64,000 nucleotides of DNA from an uncultured Acidobacteriota bacterium (lineage in GTDB: Bacteria; Acidobacteriota; Vicinamibacteria; Vicinamibacterales; UBA2999). A model generated the notes under the pieces. That model did no database searches. It saw only the letters and a program-made list of their open reading frames with translations, and was not told where the DNA came from. Where the stretch lies: positions 63,128 through 127,127 of the forward strand of contig CAWBMG010000011.1 in NCBI GenBank assembly GCA_963789815.1. The letters are read 5' to 3'. This document shows, piece after piece, positions 1-9,951 of the stretch. Each line of letters starts with the position of its first letter. The first letter of the stretch is position 1. Made by a program: the position numbers and the translations under genes.

Positions 1-621
1 TTCGGCGAAGTCACGCACGGAGCGAGAACGCACAGCCGAGACGAGATGAATTCGAGCGGCAAGTATCTCACCCGTGGCCCGCTCGTACAGCTGCTCTCGC
101 CCGCCTTGCCTCCATAGCTCGATGTTGGCCTTGCCCAGATTCGACACCGTCCCCGCGAGCGCATTGGCTTCGGTCACCTGCGCGACCGTCCGTTGGACGA
201 GCGGGTCGTACCTATTCGGCGGAAGAACACCTCTCGCCTCACACGATGCATACCCGTCTTGAAGGATCCTTGCGAAATCTGGGCGCCCGCGAATCGCGCC
301 TTGCTTTTCGGACCTCGACCACGCGTCAACGGCGCCGGCGCAGTCCTGCAGGTTAAAGAGAGCCTCGCCAAGGAAATACTCCGGCAGGTATTCCATCCCG
401 CCTTGTCTCACCAGCGCGGCCAGGCCGGATCGGACCTTCCTCGTGGACTCTTGCGCGTCGATCTGGAGCGCCCGGCGCATCTGCGTGACGACCTCTTGCC
501 ACTTCTGGTTGCTCCGCGCGTCAAGGCCGGCCCGAAAGGCGTCGTCCTGGGTCTGGGCCGACAGCGCGATGACCATCGCCGTGAACCACACGAAACAGGC
601 CAGGCACCACGATCGCATCAT
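1..621 (-). CDS. hypothetical secreted protein, TPR-like (N-terminal part only; ORF runs off the left edge)
   Basis: Own minus-strand translation: ATG at 619-621 (second ATG at 616-618), signal-like MMRSWCLACFVWFTAMVIALSAQTQ, then open in frame down to base 1. Absent from the ORF track because no stop lies in the window. Lies 72 nt downstream of the kinase gene on the same strand. Confidence 0.5.
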   Translation of the reverse strand, partial: MMRSWCLACFVWFTAMVIALSAQTQDDAFRAGLDARSNQKWQEVVTQMRRALQIDAQESTRKVRSGLAALVRQGGMEYLPEYFLGEALFNLQDCAGAVDAWSRSEKQGAIRGRPDFARILQDGYASCEARGVLPPNRYDPLVQRTVAQVTEANALAGTVSNLGKANIELWRQGGREQLYERATGEILAARIHLVSAVRSRSVRDFAE

Positions 622-693
622 CGGCTCGCCTCGGGGGCCGCGGCGGCCCTCGCTTCTGGTGTTTGCGCCGCGCCTGCAGCGTCGACGGGCTCC

Positions 694-2655
694 TTACGAG
701 GCGTCGTCAAGTACCTGCTCGAAGTAGTCCTCGGGCGTCAGAGGTTTGAACGCCACAGGCGTCACCGTCGCAACTTTCCCATCCTCGACTCGAACGGTGA
801 CCATCCGTGACTCGGAATCAGGTGGTGGACCCGTAAGGCGGAGTCGATACGTCCCGGCTGCCAGGTTGAGTGCCAGCGGTGTGGACGCTGGGGACGGTAG
901 CGGTTGAGCGGTACCGTCTTCCGTTTCGACCGACGTGATCATCGCCCACGGAATGGCGTCGATAATCAGCGCGCCAACGGGGGGCGCCGGGCGCGGCGCG
1001 AGCCTGAGTGCCGCAATTCCGATCGCGGCGAGAAGCATGACGACTCCGGCCCAGCCCGCGATGACTTTGTCGCGCCTTGGCCTCGCACCGAGCGCGGCCC
1101 AGGTTGTCGTGAGGTACGTGCTCAGCGTCGTCGAGAGACCGGCACGAACCTGTGTTCCAGCGGACGGCGCTGTGGGTATTGGAGACGGCAGGGGAACCTG
1201 GTGGGCTGACGGTGCGATCATCGTCGGTGCTGACGCCACGTCAATCTCGTCGGCATTACGCCCGGTCGGTCGGACAACTGACGGCCGGGCCAGCATTGTC
1301 GGAGGGAGTTCCGAGTCGCTCGGCGATGAGAAGCCCGCAACGCTCCCTTCATTGAGCCGACGCGTAGCCTCAACTTCGATCGTCCGCGCCTTCTCCGAAT
1401 CAGGATCGAGCGCCAGTGCTTCTCGAGCGAAGACGAGCGCGACCTCGACCGCACCCGATGCCAGAGCCTGCTCGGCGTCGGCGACTGCCTTGACCAATGT
1501 CTCGGCGCTCTTTATGGCGGCTGCCCTGATTTCCTGTTCGATCTCGAGCGCGGCCGGATGTGCGTCATCGAATGTGAGTGCCTGTTCGCACGCATCGAGT
1601 GCGGAGGCGAGGTCCCCGCGTCGCCGATACTCCCGCGCCCGTTCCAACGCCGCTTCGATCTGCGCCGTGCGGCGTCGAGCGACGTCCGGACGGTGTGCGT
1701 TGGGCTGCGGCGTCGTCTGCGGCAGGGGGGCGACTGTGGATTGTGGTCTTCCGTCCGAACTCGTGCCTGGCCGTACGTCCTGTCGCAATAGCGAAGCACT
1801 GCTCCGCCCAAGCAACGTCACGTCGCCCGCGTCCGGTCCCAGGTTACGGCGAATGTTCTTGATGGCCGTCCCGAGGGCAAAGGCATCCGGGAATCGCTCG
1901 GAGGCGCTCTTTTTCAACGCCCGTTCCACGATGGCCGCCAGTTCTGAGCTGACCTCGGGCACCAGTCGTGTCAACGAAACGGGGTCCTCCGAGAGGATGC
2001 GATGAGTGATCGTGGGGATCGTGTCGCCAGGAAACGCTTCCGAATAGGACAGCAACTCGTAACAGACCACTCCGACCGAGAAGATGTCCGAGCGGTGGTC
2101 GATACTCCCTCCCAGAATCTGTTCAGGCGCCATGTAGCCAGGCGTACCGATAAGAGCCGTTGCGTCCGACGTCAGAGGTCCGAGCATCCGGGCGATTCCG
2201 AAATCCAAGACCTTGAGTCGGCCCGCTCGGTCGATCATCAAGTTCGGTGGCTTTATGTCGCGATGGATCACGCCAAACTGGTGAGCGTAGGCGACCCCCG
2301 AGCACAGTTCTTCGATCCAGCGGAGCTTCTCGGATAAGGCGATTGATGGCTTTCGGCGAATGATCTCACCGAGCGTTTCACCCTGCACGTACTCCATCAC
2401 GATGTAAGGCTGTGAAGAGAAATCGCCGAAGTCGTGCACAGTGACAATGTTGGTGTGGTTGAGCGCCGCGGCCGAGCGCGCTTCGCGAGTGAAACGCTCG
2501 GAGGCATCCGCCACGTCGAGGTCGCTCGAGAACAGCTTGATCGCGACCATCCGACCGAGAACAGGGTCGTGTGCGACGTACACGGTCCCCATCCCACCGC
2601 GACCCAATCGGCGTTGAATCTCGTAACGTCCGACTTGGGTGCCTGGTTGCAACAT
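694..2655 (-). CDS. serine/threonine protein kinase with C-terminal TM segment and PEGA-like beta domain
   Basis: Kinase motifs GRGGMGTVY, VAIK, HRDIKPPNLM, DFG and GTPGYMAPE. ATG at 2653-2655 is preceded by AGGAG; the ORF-track start at 2793 looks like an upstream extension. Confidence 0.85.
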   Translation of the reverse strand: MLQPGTQVGRYEIQRRLGRGGMGTVYVAHDPVLGRMVAIKLFSSDLDVADASERFTREARSAAALNHTNIVTVHDFGDFSSQPYIVMEYVQGETLGEIIRRKPSIALSEKLRWIEELCSGVAYAHQFGVIHRDIKPPNLMIDRAGRLKVLDFGIARMLGPLTSDATALIGTPGYMAPEQILGGSIDHRSDIFSVGVVCYELLSYSEAFPGDTIPTITHRILSEDPVSLTRLVPEVSSELAAIVERALKKSASERFPDAFALGTAIKNIRRNLGPDAGDVTLLGRSSASLLRQDVRPGTSSDGRPQSTVAPLPQTTPQPNAHRPDVARRRTAQIEAALERAREYRRRGDLASALDACEQALTFDDAHPAALEIEQEIRAAAIKSAETLVKAVADAEQALASGAVEVALVFAREALALDPDSEKARTIEVEATRRLNEGSVAGFSSPSDSELPPTMLARPSVVRPTGRNADEIDVASAPTMIAPSAHQVPLPSPIPTAPSAGTQVRAGLSTTLSTYLTTTWAALGARPRRDKVIAGWAGVVMLLAAIGIAALRLAPRPAPPVGALIIDAIPWAMITSVETEDGTAQPLPSPASTPLALNLAAGTYRLRLTGPPPDSESRMVTVRVEDGKVATVTPVAFKPLTPEDYFEQVLDDAS

Positions 2656-2847
2656 CTGACCCGCTCCTGGAGTCGGGTCCAGCCGCTCAAATCGGCGGCC
2701 GGGTTGACCAATATACAGCCGAGTTGAGGCTCGCTCAAGGGCGTACGTAGAAAAACGGCTGCGCGCACGAGGCGCACAGCCGCGGTTTGGCATTCACGCC
2801 GATCCCGAAGGACCGACGTGACCTAGGACACTGACGTACGAGACGTC

Positions 2848-3246
2848 TTAGTCGACAACTTGGCCGGGCTTCTGGCCCCAACCAAAGCCGTCCTTCGGAC
2901 GGTGGAGCGTAACCATGCGAACGCGGTGGTCGGCCGGGTTGCGGCCTGGGCTGCCGCTAATGATTACGTGGTCGCCAGGCTTAAGCGTCTCTCTGGTAAC
3001 ACCCTGGCCGCCGAGCTGGCCCGCGCCGCCCCACTCCACGGCATAGCGCACCATCGTCCCATCCTTCTCCTTGACCATCACGTGCACGAAGGAGTGCGGA
3101 TTGCGAAACAGAAACTGCACCAGCTCACCTTCGATGCTCACCGTCTGATCTTCCAGATACGTGGCCGCGAATGAATGATGGGCGTAGACCTGCCGGCTGG
3201 CGAGAGCCGCTGCCGCGAAAACCAGGACAACCAAATAACGCTTCAT
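2848..3246 (-). CDS. small secreted protein, DUF6152-like
   Basis: MKRYLVVLVFAAAALA signal peptide followed by AHHSFAATY. ATG at 3244-3246 is preceded by GGGAGGA. Confidence 0.55.
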   Translation of the reverse strand: MKRYLVVLVFAAAALASRQVYAHHSFAATYLEDQTVSIEGELVQFLFRNPHSFVHVMVKEKDGTMVRYAVEWGGAGQLGGQGVTRETLKPGDHVIISGSPGRNPADHRVRMVTLHRPKDGFGWGQKPGQVVD

Positions 3247-3400
3247 AGTATGGTTCCTCCCTGAAAGAACCCTGATATTTCTGAAAGGAATTGTAGCCGA
3301 AACTCGCAAATTTTCGTCCTGAAGAGTACCTGAATTCTTCGTCAGAATTGAACTGTCCCGCAAGGGGACGCGTTTCTCGGGCCAAATTTCGACGATCCCA

Positions 3401-5158
3401 TCAATCTCGGCTCGCCCTGGCCGTCGCGAGGTACGAGGTGACCTGCTGCTCCAGCAGGTCGAGGGGCAAGGTGCCGTTTCGAAGAACCGCGTCGTGAAAA
3501 TCGCGGACGTCGAACCGTGGCCCTAGTTCCTGTTCGGCCTTCCGGCGCAATTCCTTGATCTTCAATTCCCCCAGCTTGTAAGCCAGCGCCTGACCGGGAC
3601 GGGCGATGTAGCGGTCAATCTCAGCGATCGACTGACTCGGCACGTGGAGCGTGAAATACTCGCGCGCGCGGTCGCGGGACCAGCCCATCGCGTGCATCCC
3701 TGTGTCAACAACCAGACGCACGGCGCGGAACTGTTCGCTGGCCAGTTGACCGAAGCGGGTCGTCGGATCGCGATACACCGTACCCAGCGCGGGTCCGAGC
3801 GATTCGGCATAGAGCCCCCAGCCTTCAGAGAACGCGGCAGCTGCGAACACTTTGCGGAACTCCGGAACGCCCTCCAGCTCGCGCGCCAATCCAACCTGCA
3901 AATGATGCCCTGGAACAGTCTCGTGCAGGACCAGCGCCTCGGTGCGGTACTTCACCTGATCCTCTGGGTGATAGGTGTTCATGTTGAACCACCCCGGACG
4001 CGAGCCGTCAGCTGTCCCTGCGGTGTAGTTCGACGCCGTTGCAGCCTCACGATCGGGCGGGATGGGACGAATACCCACCGACATGCGAGGCAGTCGTTTG
4101 AAGAGTCGCGGCAGCTCTGGCTCGACCCGCTTCAGCACGTCGCGAGCGTATGAGAGCATCTCCTCCTGGCTGGAGAAGCGCATCCCGGGCCGGCTCGCGA
4201 GCTGGCGCTCGAAATCCGCTACAGATCCGTTGAAGCCTGACGCGCGCGCCTGGGCCTCCATCTCACGTTCGATGCGCGCGACCTCCTGAAGACCCAGTTG
4301 ATGGACTTGCTGCGCATCCATCCTGGTGGTTGTGTATGCGTGAATGAGCGCAGCATATGCGGTGCGACCGTCAGCTAAAGATCCCAGCCCAATCTGCGCT
4401 CGCGCCCGACGCCGATAGGTGTCACGAAGGAAGGTTTCCAGGCGTCTCCAGGCCGGCACGAACTGTTGCTCGTACGCGGCGACTCCTTGGATTCGCAGCC
4501 GCTCGCGTTCGGGCGGGGGAATGCCATCCGGAAATCGTTTGAACGCGGCGAGCAGTGGCGAATCGACCGCCGCCGGCTTGCTCTGAGCCGCGACCTGCTC
4601 CAGCATCATGTCGATGACAATGGCGGGCTGCGCGAGATTTGCGTCGAGCTGCTCCCCCATCATCTCGATGGCCTGGTCCACGAACACTGGGATGGTTCGA
4701 AGACGCGCGAGGATATTCTCGTAGTCCTGCGTCGTGCGAGCCGGCATCTGGTCGATGATCGAGAACACCTCGTTGTGGACGCCGTCGACCTGCGAGACTC
4801 GCTGCACCATACTGAGGTAGGTATCTACCTCGATCTGAGTCTTGAGCTCGTACTCCATCAGGAACGCGCTCAAGCGCTCGGCGGGGGACAACGTTCCTGG
4901 CGATAAGTACATCGCCTTTTGCAGGAACTCCCGGCGCTTGCCCTGGGCGCGGTCTCTCGCGCCCTTCGACCAATCACGCCATCGGTTGTTGTATTCGGAT
5001 CGCCCTACGCGCGTCGCAAGAGCGGGCTCCTCGGCGAGGCGCCACTCCCAGTAGTCGTTGAAGAGCTGCGCGAGAGACGTAGACGATGGCCCTTGTGCCG
5101 TCAGGAACGACAACGGTATCGCCACGAGCACCGCTGCGAACACTACCCTCTTGACCAT
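3401..5158 (-). CDS. DUF885 family protein (putative secreted metallopeptidase-like)
   Basis: HETVPGHHLQ motif and overall DUF885-like sequence. Signal-like start MVKRVVFAAVLVAIPL at 5158. Confidence 0.75.
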   Translation of the reverse strand: MVKRVVFAAVLVAIPLSFLTAQGPSSTSLAQLFNDYWEWRLAEEPALATRVGRSEYNNRWRDWSKGARDRAQGKRREFLQKAMYLSPGTLSPAERLSAFLMEYELKTQIEVDTYLSMVQRVSQVDGVHNEVFSIIDQMPARTTQDYENILARLRTIPVFVDQAIEMMGEQLDANLAQPAIVIDMMLEQVAAQSKPAAVDSPLLAAFKRFPDGIPPPERERLRIQGVAAYEQQFVPAWRRLETFLRDTYRRRARAQIGLGSLADGRTAYAALIHAYTTTRMDAQQVHQLGLQEVARIEREMEAQARASGFNGSVADFERQLASRPGMRFSSQEEMLSYARDVLKRVEPELPRLFKRLPRMSVGIRPIPPDREAATASNYTAGTADGSRPGWFNMNTYHPEDQVKYRTEALVLHETVPGHHLQVGLARELEGVPEFRKVFAAAAFSEGWGLYAESLGPALGTVYRDPTTRFGQLASEQFRAVRLVVDTGMHAMGWSRDRAREYFTLHVPSQSIAEIDRYIARPGQALAYKLGELKIKELRRKAEQELGPRFDVRDFHDAVLRNGTLPLDLLEQQVTSYLATARASRD

Positions 5159-5223
5159 CGTTCCGTCCGCCACCCCATCGTCGCACCATCGCACCGTCGC
5201 ACCATCGCACGGCGAACCCGCCC

Positions 5224-7233
5224 TTACCCTTCCTTCGGCAACTTGAATGCGAGCAGCTCCCCTGGATAGTTCGCTCCGCTGACGGCAATGACGATGTACT
5301 GCTGGCCATTGTGCATGTACGTCATCGGGGAACCAGTCTGCGGCGCGGGCATATAGACGGCGCCGATCTCTCGGCCCGTCGCTTTGTCATAGGCCCGCAG
5401 CATCGCGCCACGCCGACCATCGGGCAAAGTGAAGATGCCGCCCTCCCCGGCCACCACCATTGTCTTTGTCACGAGAGTGCCGATTCGCCCCTGACGTCCG
5501 GTGCGAGGAATCGTGAGTCCCTTCAGCGCCGGATGGTTGCGAACATTGTCGGGGGTTTCGCCGTGCGCGATCTGCCAGAGCAATTCGCCTTTCTTCAAAT
5601 CGATCGCAGTGATGCGGCCGTAGGGCGGCTTGATGAGCGGAAGGCCCTGCACGGTGGGCGCCACGGCGGCCTCTTTCGGGTTGGCCGGGTTCGTCGCCTG
5701 CCCGAGCACATAGGCCATGTCTGACGGTTCGCTGGGACGCTCCTTCCCCGGCACCAAGCCCATCGTGGCCACTTGTGTATTGGTGAAGATATAGAAGACG
5801 CCCGTCTCTGGATCGAAGGAACCACCCTGCCAATTCGCACCGCCCGTCTGGTGAGGCAGCATCAACGTCGCGAGCTTTCCCTCCCATTTGCTGACGATCG
5901 GCGGCGTGAAGATCGGCCCAAGCTTGAAGCGCGAGGCCAACTTGAGGGCTTCGTCGCGCAATGCTGGTGTGAAATCGATCAGATCGTCGGTCGACACCCC
6001 CTGCCGCTCGTACGCGGGCGGCTTGGTGACAAAGAGCTGTGTCGGATTCGACTTCTCACCCGGGACGTCCGATTGCTCGACCGCTCGCTCTACGATCGGC
6101 CAGACCGGTACACCCGTCACGCGATCGAACACGTAGAGCCAACCCTGTTTGGTCGGCTGAGCGACGATCTTGCGTAAACGTCCGTCGATCATCACGTCTG
6201 CGATGATCGGCGCGCAGGGAAGATCCCAATCCCAGATCCCGTGCCGGATGAACTGATAGTGCCACTTTCGTTTCCCCGTCCGCAGATCGACCGCGACGAG
6301 GCTCTCGCCAAAAAGCCCGGCGCCGGGCCGATGCCCGCCGTAGTAGTCGCCGGTCGGCATCTCCACGGGCAGAAACACCGTGTCGAGTTCCTCGTCCACG
6401 CTCATCTGTGCCCACACGCCGGTGTTGCCGGTGTACTCCTCGGACCCGGTTTGCCAGGTGTCGAAGCCGTACTCGCCGGGCCGTGGGATTGTGTGGAAAA
6501 TCCAAAGGCGCTTGCCCGTTCTGACGTCGTACCCGCGAACGTAGCCCTTGTCATTCCGCCGGCTGACGGGCCGGCTTCCCTCGGTGTGGGCTGCGCCGAT
6601 GATGACCACATCTTTCGCAATGACGGGCGCCGCATGGAGCCCGATATCGCCGAGTACCGGATCCATGTCCTGGTCGTCTTCCAACTTCAGATCGACGGCG
6701 CCCCCTTTGCCGAACGACGCGACGGGAGCCCCCGTCTCGGCGTCGAGCGCGATCATGCGATAGCCGGGCGTCACATAGATGATCCGTGCGGACCTTCCGT
6801 CGGACCAGTACGCCAATCCACGGCCCGAGAGTTGTCGCGGCGCCTCCTCGCCTCGCTTCCCCTCGTTCTCGCTGTGCATCCATCGCAACTCACCGGTCGC
6901 GGCGTCGAGAGCGACCACAGCGCGGCGCGATCCGGCGGTGGTGTAGATCACGCCACCAACCATCAACGGCGTCGATTGAAAGTTGAACTCCGGGCGTGGT
7001 CCCAGGTTGTCTGTCTTGAAGCGCCAGGCCACTTCCAGCTTGTTGAAATTGTCTTGGTTGATCTGGTCGAGCGGCGCGTAGCGCGTGCTCTTGAGATCAC
7101 TTCCGTACGTCCGCCATTCACCTGAGGCCGGCCGCGCCGCCGACTGCGCGGACATCGGCCGACCGGAGGTGAGGGCTGCTGCCAGCACCGCGCAGAGCAG
7201 CAGCCAGCGTTGAGAAGACCTGGTCGCGATCAC
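5224..7233 (-). CDS. PQQ-dependent dehydrogenase (quinoprotein beta-propeller), secreted
   Basis: 669-aa ORF with signal peptide and repeated W-containing PQQ propeller motifs. GTG start at 7231-7233 is preceded by AGGAGG. Confidence 0.7.
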   Translation of the reverse strand: MIATRSSQRWLLLCAVLAAALTSGRPMSAQSAARPASGEWRTYGSDLKSTRYAPLDQINQDNFNKLEVAWRFKTDNLGPRPEFNFQSTPLMVGGVIYTTAGSRRAVVALDAATGELRWMHSENEGKRGEEAPRQLSGRGLAYWSDGRSARIIYVTPGYRMIALDAETGAPVASFGKGGAVDLKLEDDQDMDPVLGDIGLHAAPVIAKDVVIIGAAHTEGSRPVSRRNDKGYVRGYDVRTGKRLWIFHTIPRPGEYGFDTWQTGSEEYTGNTGVWAQMSVDEELDTVFLPVEMPTGDYYGGHRPGAGLFGESLVAVDLRTGKRKWHYQFIRHGIWDWDLPCAPIIADVMIDGRLRKIVAQPTKQGWLYVFDRVTGVPVWPIVERAVEQSDVPGEKSNPTQLFVTKPPAYERQGVSTDDLIDFTPALRDEALKLASRFKLGPIFTPPIVSKWEGKLATLMLPHQTGGANWQGGSFDPETGVFYIFTNTQVATMGLVPGKERPSEPSDMAYVLGQATNPANPKEAAVAPTVQGLPLIKPPYGRITAIDLKKGELLWQIAHGETPDNVRNHPALKGLTIPRTGRQGRIGTLVTKTMVVAGEGGIFTLPDGRRGAMLRAYDKATGREIGAVYMPAPQTGSPMTYMHNGQQYIVIAVSGANYPGELLAFKLPKEG

Positions 7234-7242
7234 GAATCCTCC

Positions 7243-8463
7243 TCAGCGGGGCCAGACGACGCCCTGACTCTTCGAGGTCACTGGGCGTAGTCCCTTGTAA
7301 ACGAACTTCTGAACTCGCTTGCCCTCATACGTCTCCGTCGTATAGAGGTTACCCTTCGAATCGACCGCGAGGCTGTGGACGCCAAAGAACTGGCTCGGCT
7401 GCCGTCCGCCGTCGCCGAAGGCGGTCAACTCCTCGAGCGTGTCGCGCCGCAGTATGCGCACCTTCATGTTCCGCCCGTCCGCAAGGTAGAGATAGGTCTG
7501 CTGCGGGTCTTTCGAAAATGCAATGTCCCACACCGACCCCTCGCCAAGACTTCTCTTGGCGATGAACTGTTCCTTGACGAACTTCCCGTCCTTCTGGAAC
7601 ACCTGGATACGATCGTTTTGCCGATCGCAGACATAGAGCAAGCCGTCGTTAGCCAGGTCCGCGCAGTGGACCGGGTTCCTGAACTGCTGCGCCGGCGGTG
7701 CATCAGGATTGTACGGTCCGAGGTCCTTGTCGTCGGGCTTGTTGCCGTACGCGCCCCAGTACCGCTTGAGCTTGCCCGTATCGACGTCGAGGACTGCGAC
7801 GCGCTTGTTCAAATAGCCGTCCGCGATGTACGCCTCATTCGCCTTCGGGTCGATGAAGATCTTCGCCACCCTGCCGAAGCTGACCGTGTCGTTGCTGTTG
7901 CCGGCGTACGTGGGCTGACCCTCTTTGTTGTTCGGACCCTGGCGTGCGTTTGCTTTGCCGATCTGCAACAAGAACTTGCCGCTCCGTGTGAATTTGAGAA
8001 TCTGCGCGTCGCCTGGACCGTTCCCGCCAATCCACACGTTGCCCTTGTGGTCCACAGTGATGCCATGATTCGACGTGGGCCACTCGTATCCCTGGCCAGG
8101 ACCGCCCCAGTTGCTGACGAGATTCCCCTCCGCGTCGAACTCCAGCACCGGCGGCGCACCGGCACAGCACTCACCAGTCGGCGGCTTCAACTCGGCGCCC
8201 CGCTCGTTGGCATTGAGTGTCGCCGAGCTCCGATGGATGATCCACACGTGATCCCGCTCATCGACCCACACGCCAATCGTAGAGCCCAGCAGCCAGTGAT
8301 TGGGCAGCGGCTTCGGCCACAGCGGGTCCACCTCCAGATACGGAGCCTGCACTCCAGTCCGAGTCTGTGCCTCGGCACCACGTTCCAAATACCCGTACGC
8401 CAGCCCGAGGCCGACGAGGACGACGACAAAGGCCGCGCCGATCAGGACGTTCCGCTGCTTCAT
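7243..8463 (-). CDS. NHL-repeat / six-bladed beta-propeller protein (peptidyl-alpha-hydroxyglycine lyase-like)
   Basis: N-terminal TM/signal segment and repeated NHL-like blades (YIADGYLNKRVAVLD, LYVCDRQNDRIQVF, LYLADGRNMKVRIL). Its ATG overlaps the upstream stop (ATGA). Confidence 0.6.
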   Translation of the reverse strand: MKQRNVLIGAAFVVVLVGLGLAYGYLERGAEAQTRTGVQAPYLEVDPLWPKPLPNHWLLGSTIGVWVDERDHVWIIHRSSATLNANERGAELKPPTGECCAGAPPVLEFDAEGNLVSNWGGPGQGYEWPTSNHGITVDHKGNVWIGGNGPGDAQILKFTRSGKFLLQIGKANARQGPNNKEGQPTYAGNSNDTVSFGRVAKIFIDPKANEAYIADGYLNKRVAVLDVDTGKLKRYWGAYGNKPDDKDLGPYNPDAPPAQQFRNPVHCADLANDGLLYVCDRQNDRIQVFQKDGKFVKEQFIAKRSLGEGSVWDIAFSKDPQQTYLYLADGRNMKVRILRRDTLEELTAFGDGGRQPSQFFGVHSLAVDSKGNLYTTETYEGKRVQKFVYKGLRPVTSKSQGVVWPR

Positions 8464-9921
8464 ACGCGCTCTCCGTAACCGTAAGGTCGTGGTTGACTGC
8501 CGGTCTCACGCGGCGGCGTTGCCGCCCGCCGCGAACCCAGGAGTACACGAACCGCCCACACAATGCCGCCCAGGGTGACGGCCACCATGAGCCAACCGAC
8601 AAGACTTGCGAGAACCGCGGCCTCAAACGTCGGCCACGGGAACTGACGCAGCACGTCTGCGCGCTCGGTCATCCAGTGCCAGCCAGTATGCGCGACAAAG
8701 GCTGAGATGATAATCGTGCCCAACCGTTCCTCGATCACGCGACGAAACAGGATAGCCACAGCCGCGCAACACACCGTGATCACCAGCAACTGCGCGATCT
8801 CAACCCCGACGTTGAACGACAAAAGAGAGGTGAGCAGGTGTGAACCGGCAAACTGCAGCCTATCTCGAAGGGCGAACGAGAACCCGAATCCGTGCACGAG
8901 TCCAAACAGCGCCGTCACAATCCAGCGGCGCTCGAACGCATGACCTCGCCCGCGGTCCGGCATCACCCGAGTCGACGTAGGGCGCGTCCTTTTGGACGCG
9001 CCGGGCCGGTCCGCAAGAACCGTCCCTACGGGTCGACTCTCGACCCCGGCTCCGACAACGATGTTCTCGAGCGCCATGTAAACGATCGACAGGGCAATGA
9101 GCGTCTCGATCAGTGGCACGAACCAGAGCGCGTCGGGCGCGTAGCCATATGCGGAGGCGATGAGCGTGATGGAATGCGCGACGGTGAACGACGTCACGAT
9201 CAAGACGAGAGGCCGAAGACGCCTGAGAGGGATGACGACGCACAGCAGAAAGAGGAGGTGATCCGCGCCGTCGAGGACATGACGGAAGCCCGACCACGCG
9301 AAATTGAGCGCCGCCTGGTGCCAGCGCGGATCCAACCTCACCAACTCCGTATCCCCGTGCAGTTCGAATGCGCGGATCGCGCCTTCAGGCGTCACTAGCC
9401 GAAGGCCAATGGTTACCGCTAGTCCAAGCCTTCGCAGCCCGTGCTGAATCGAGAAGCGCGACGACGCCGATGCGATCGGGTACTCGATGAGGGCATCGAG
9501 CATCCCCTGTTCCCAGGTACAGCTCCGTGGCGGGCTCGAGAGGTGCCCCCGTCACATGTGCCAGCGCCTGCTCGTACTCGCGAAACGATTGATCGGAGGG
9601 CAGCGACACGCGGACAGACTCGAGACGCGGCGTCCCGAGCCGCGTGTCTTCCTCGTAGAGCTGGATTTCCTGGGTGAGCCAGAGCGTAGCCGCGTTGCGC
9701 AGTGCCGTCTCCGCTCGCGTGAGGTCAAGGTACCCCGGCCCGCGCTTGGGAATATCCACGTCGCGCATCGCTTGAAGGGGTACGCGAACGAGGAGGCGCA
9801 AGCGATCGCCGTCAGGCTTCAAGAACGCCTGGACGACGACATCATTGGGGATGTCGTGGGCAAGCGCGACAACACTCAGCCCACAGATCGCGATCGCGGA
9901 GGCCGCGAGAATGCGCAACAA
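8460..9921 (-). CDS. HupE/UreJ-family membrane protein, interrupted by an apparent 1-nt frameshift near 9504-9507
   Basis: ORF 9385..9921 gives a signal peptide plus periplasmic domain. ORF 8460..9503 gives GFRHVLDGADHLLFLL and multiple TM helices. The two overlap by 119 nt in different frames and join seamlessly if one G is removed from a GGGG run. Confidence 0.55.
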
Positions 9922-9951
9922 GAAACTCCTGAACGGTGCGGATTATACCGT

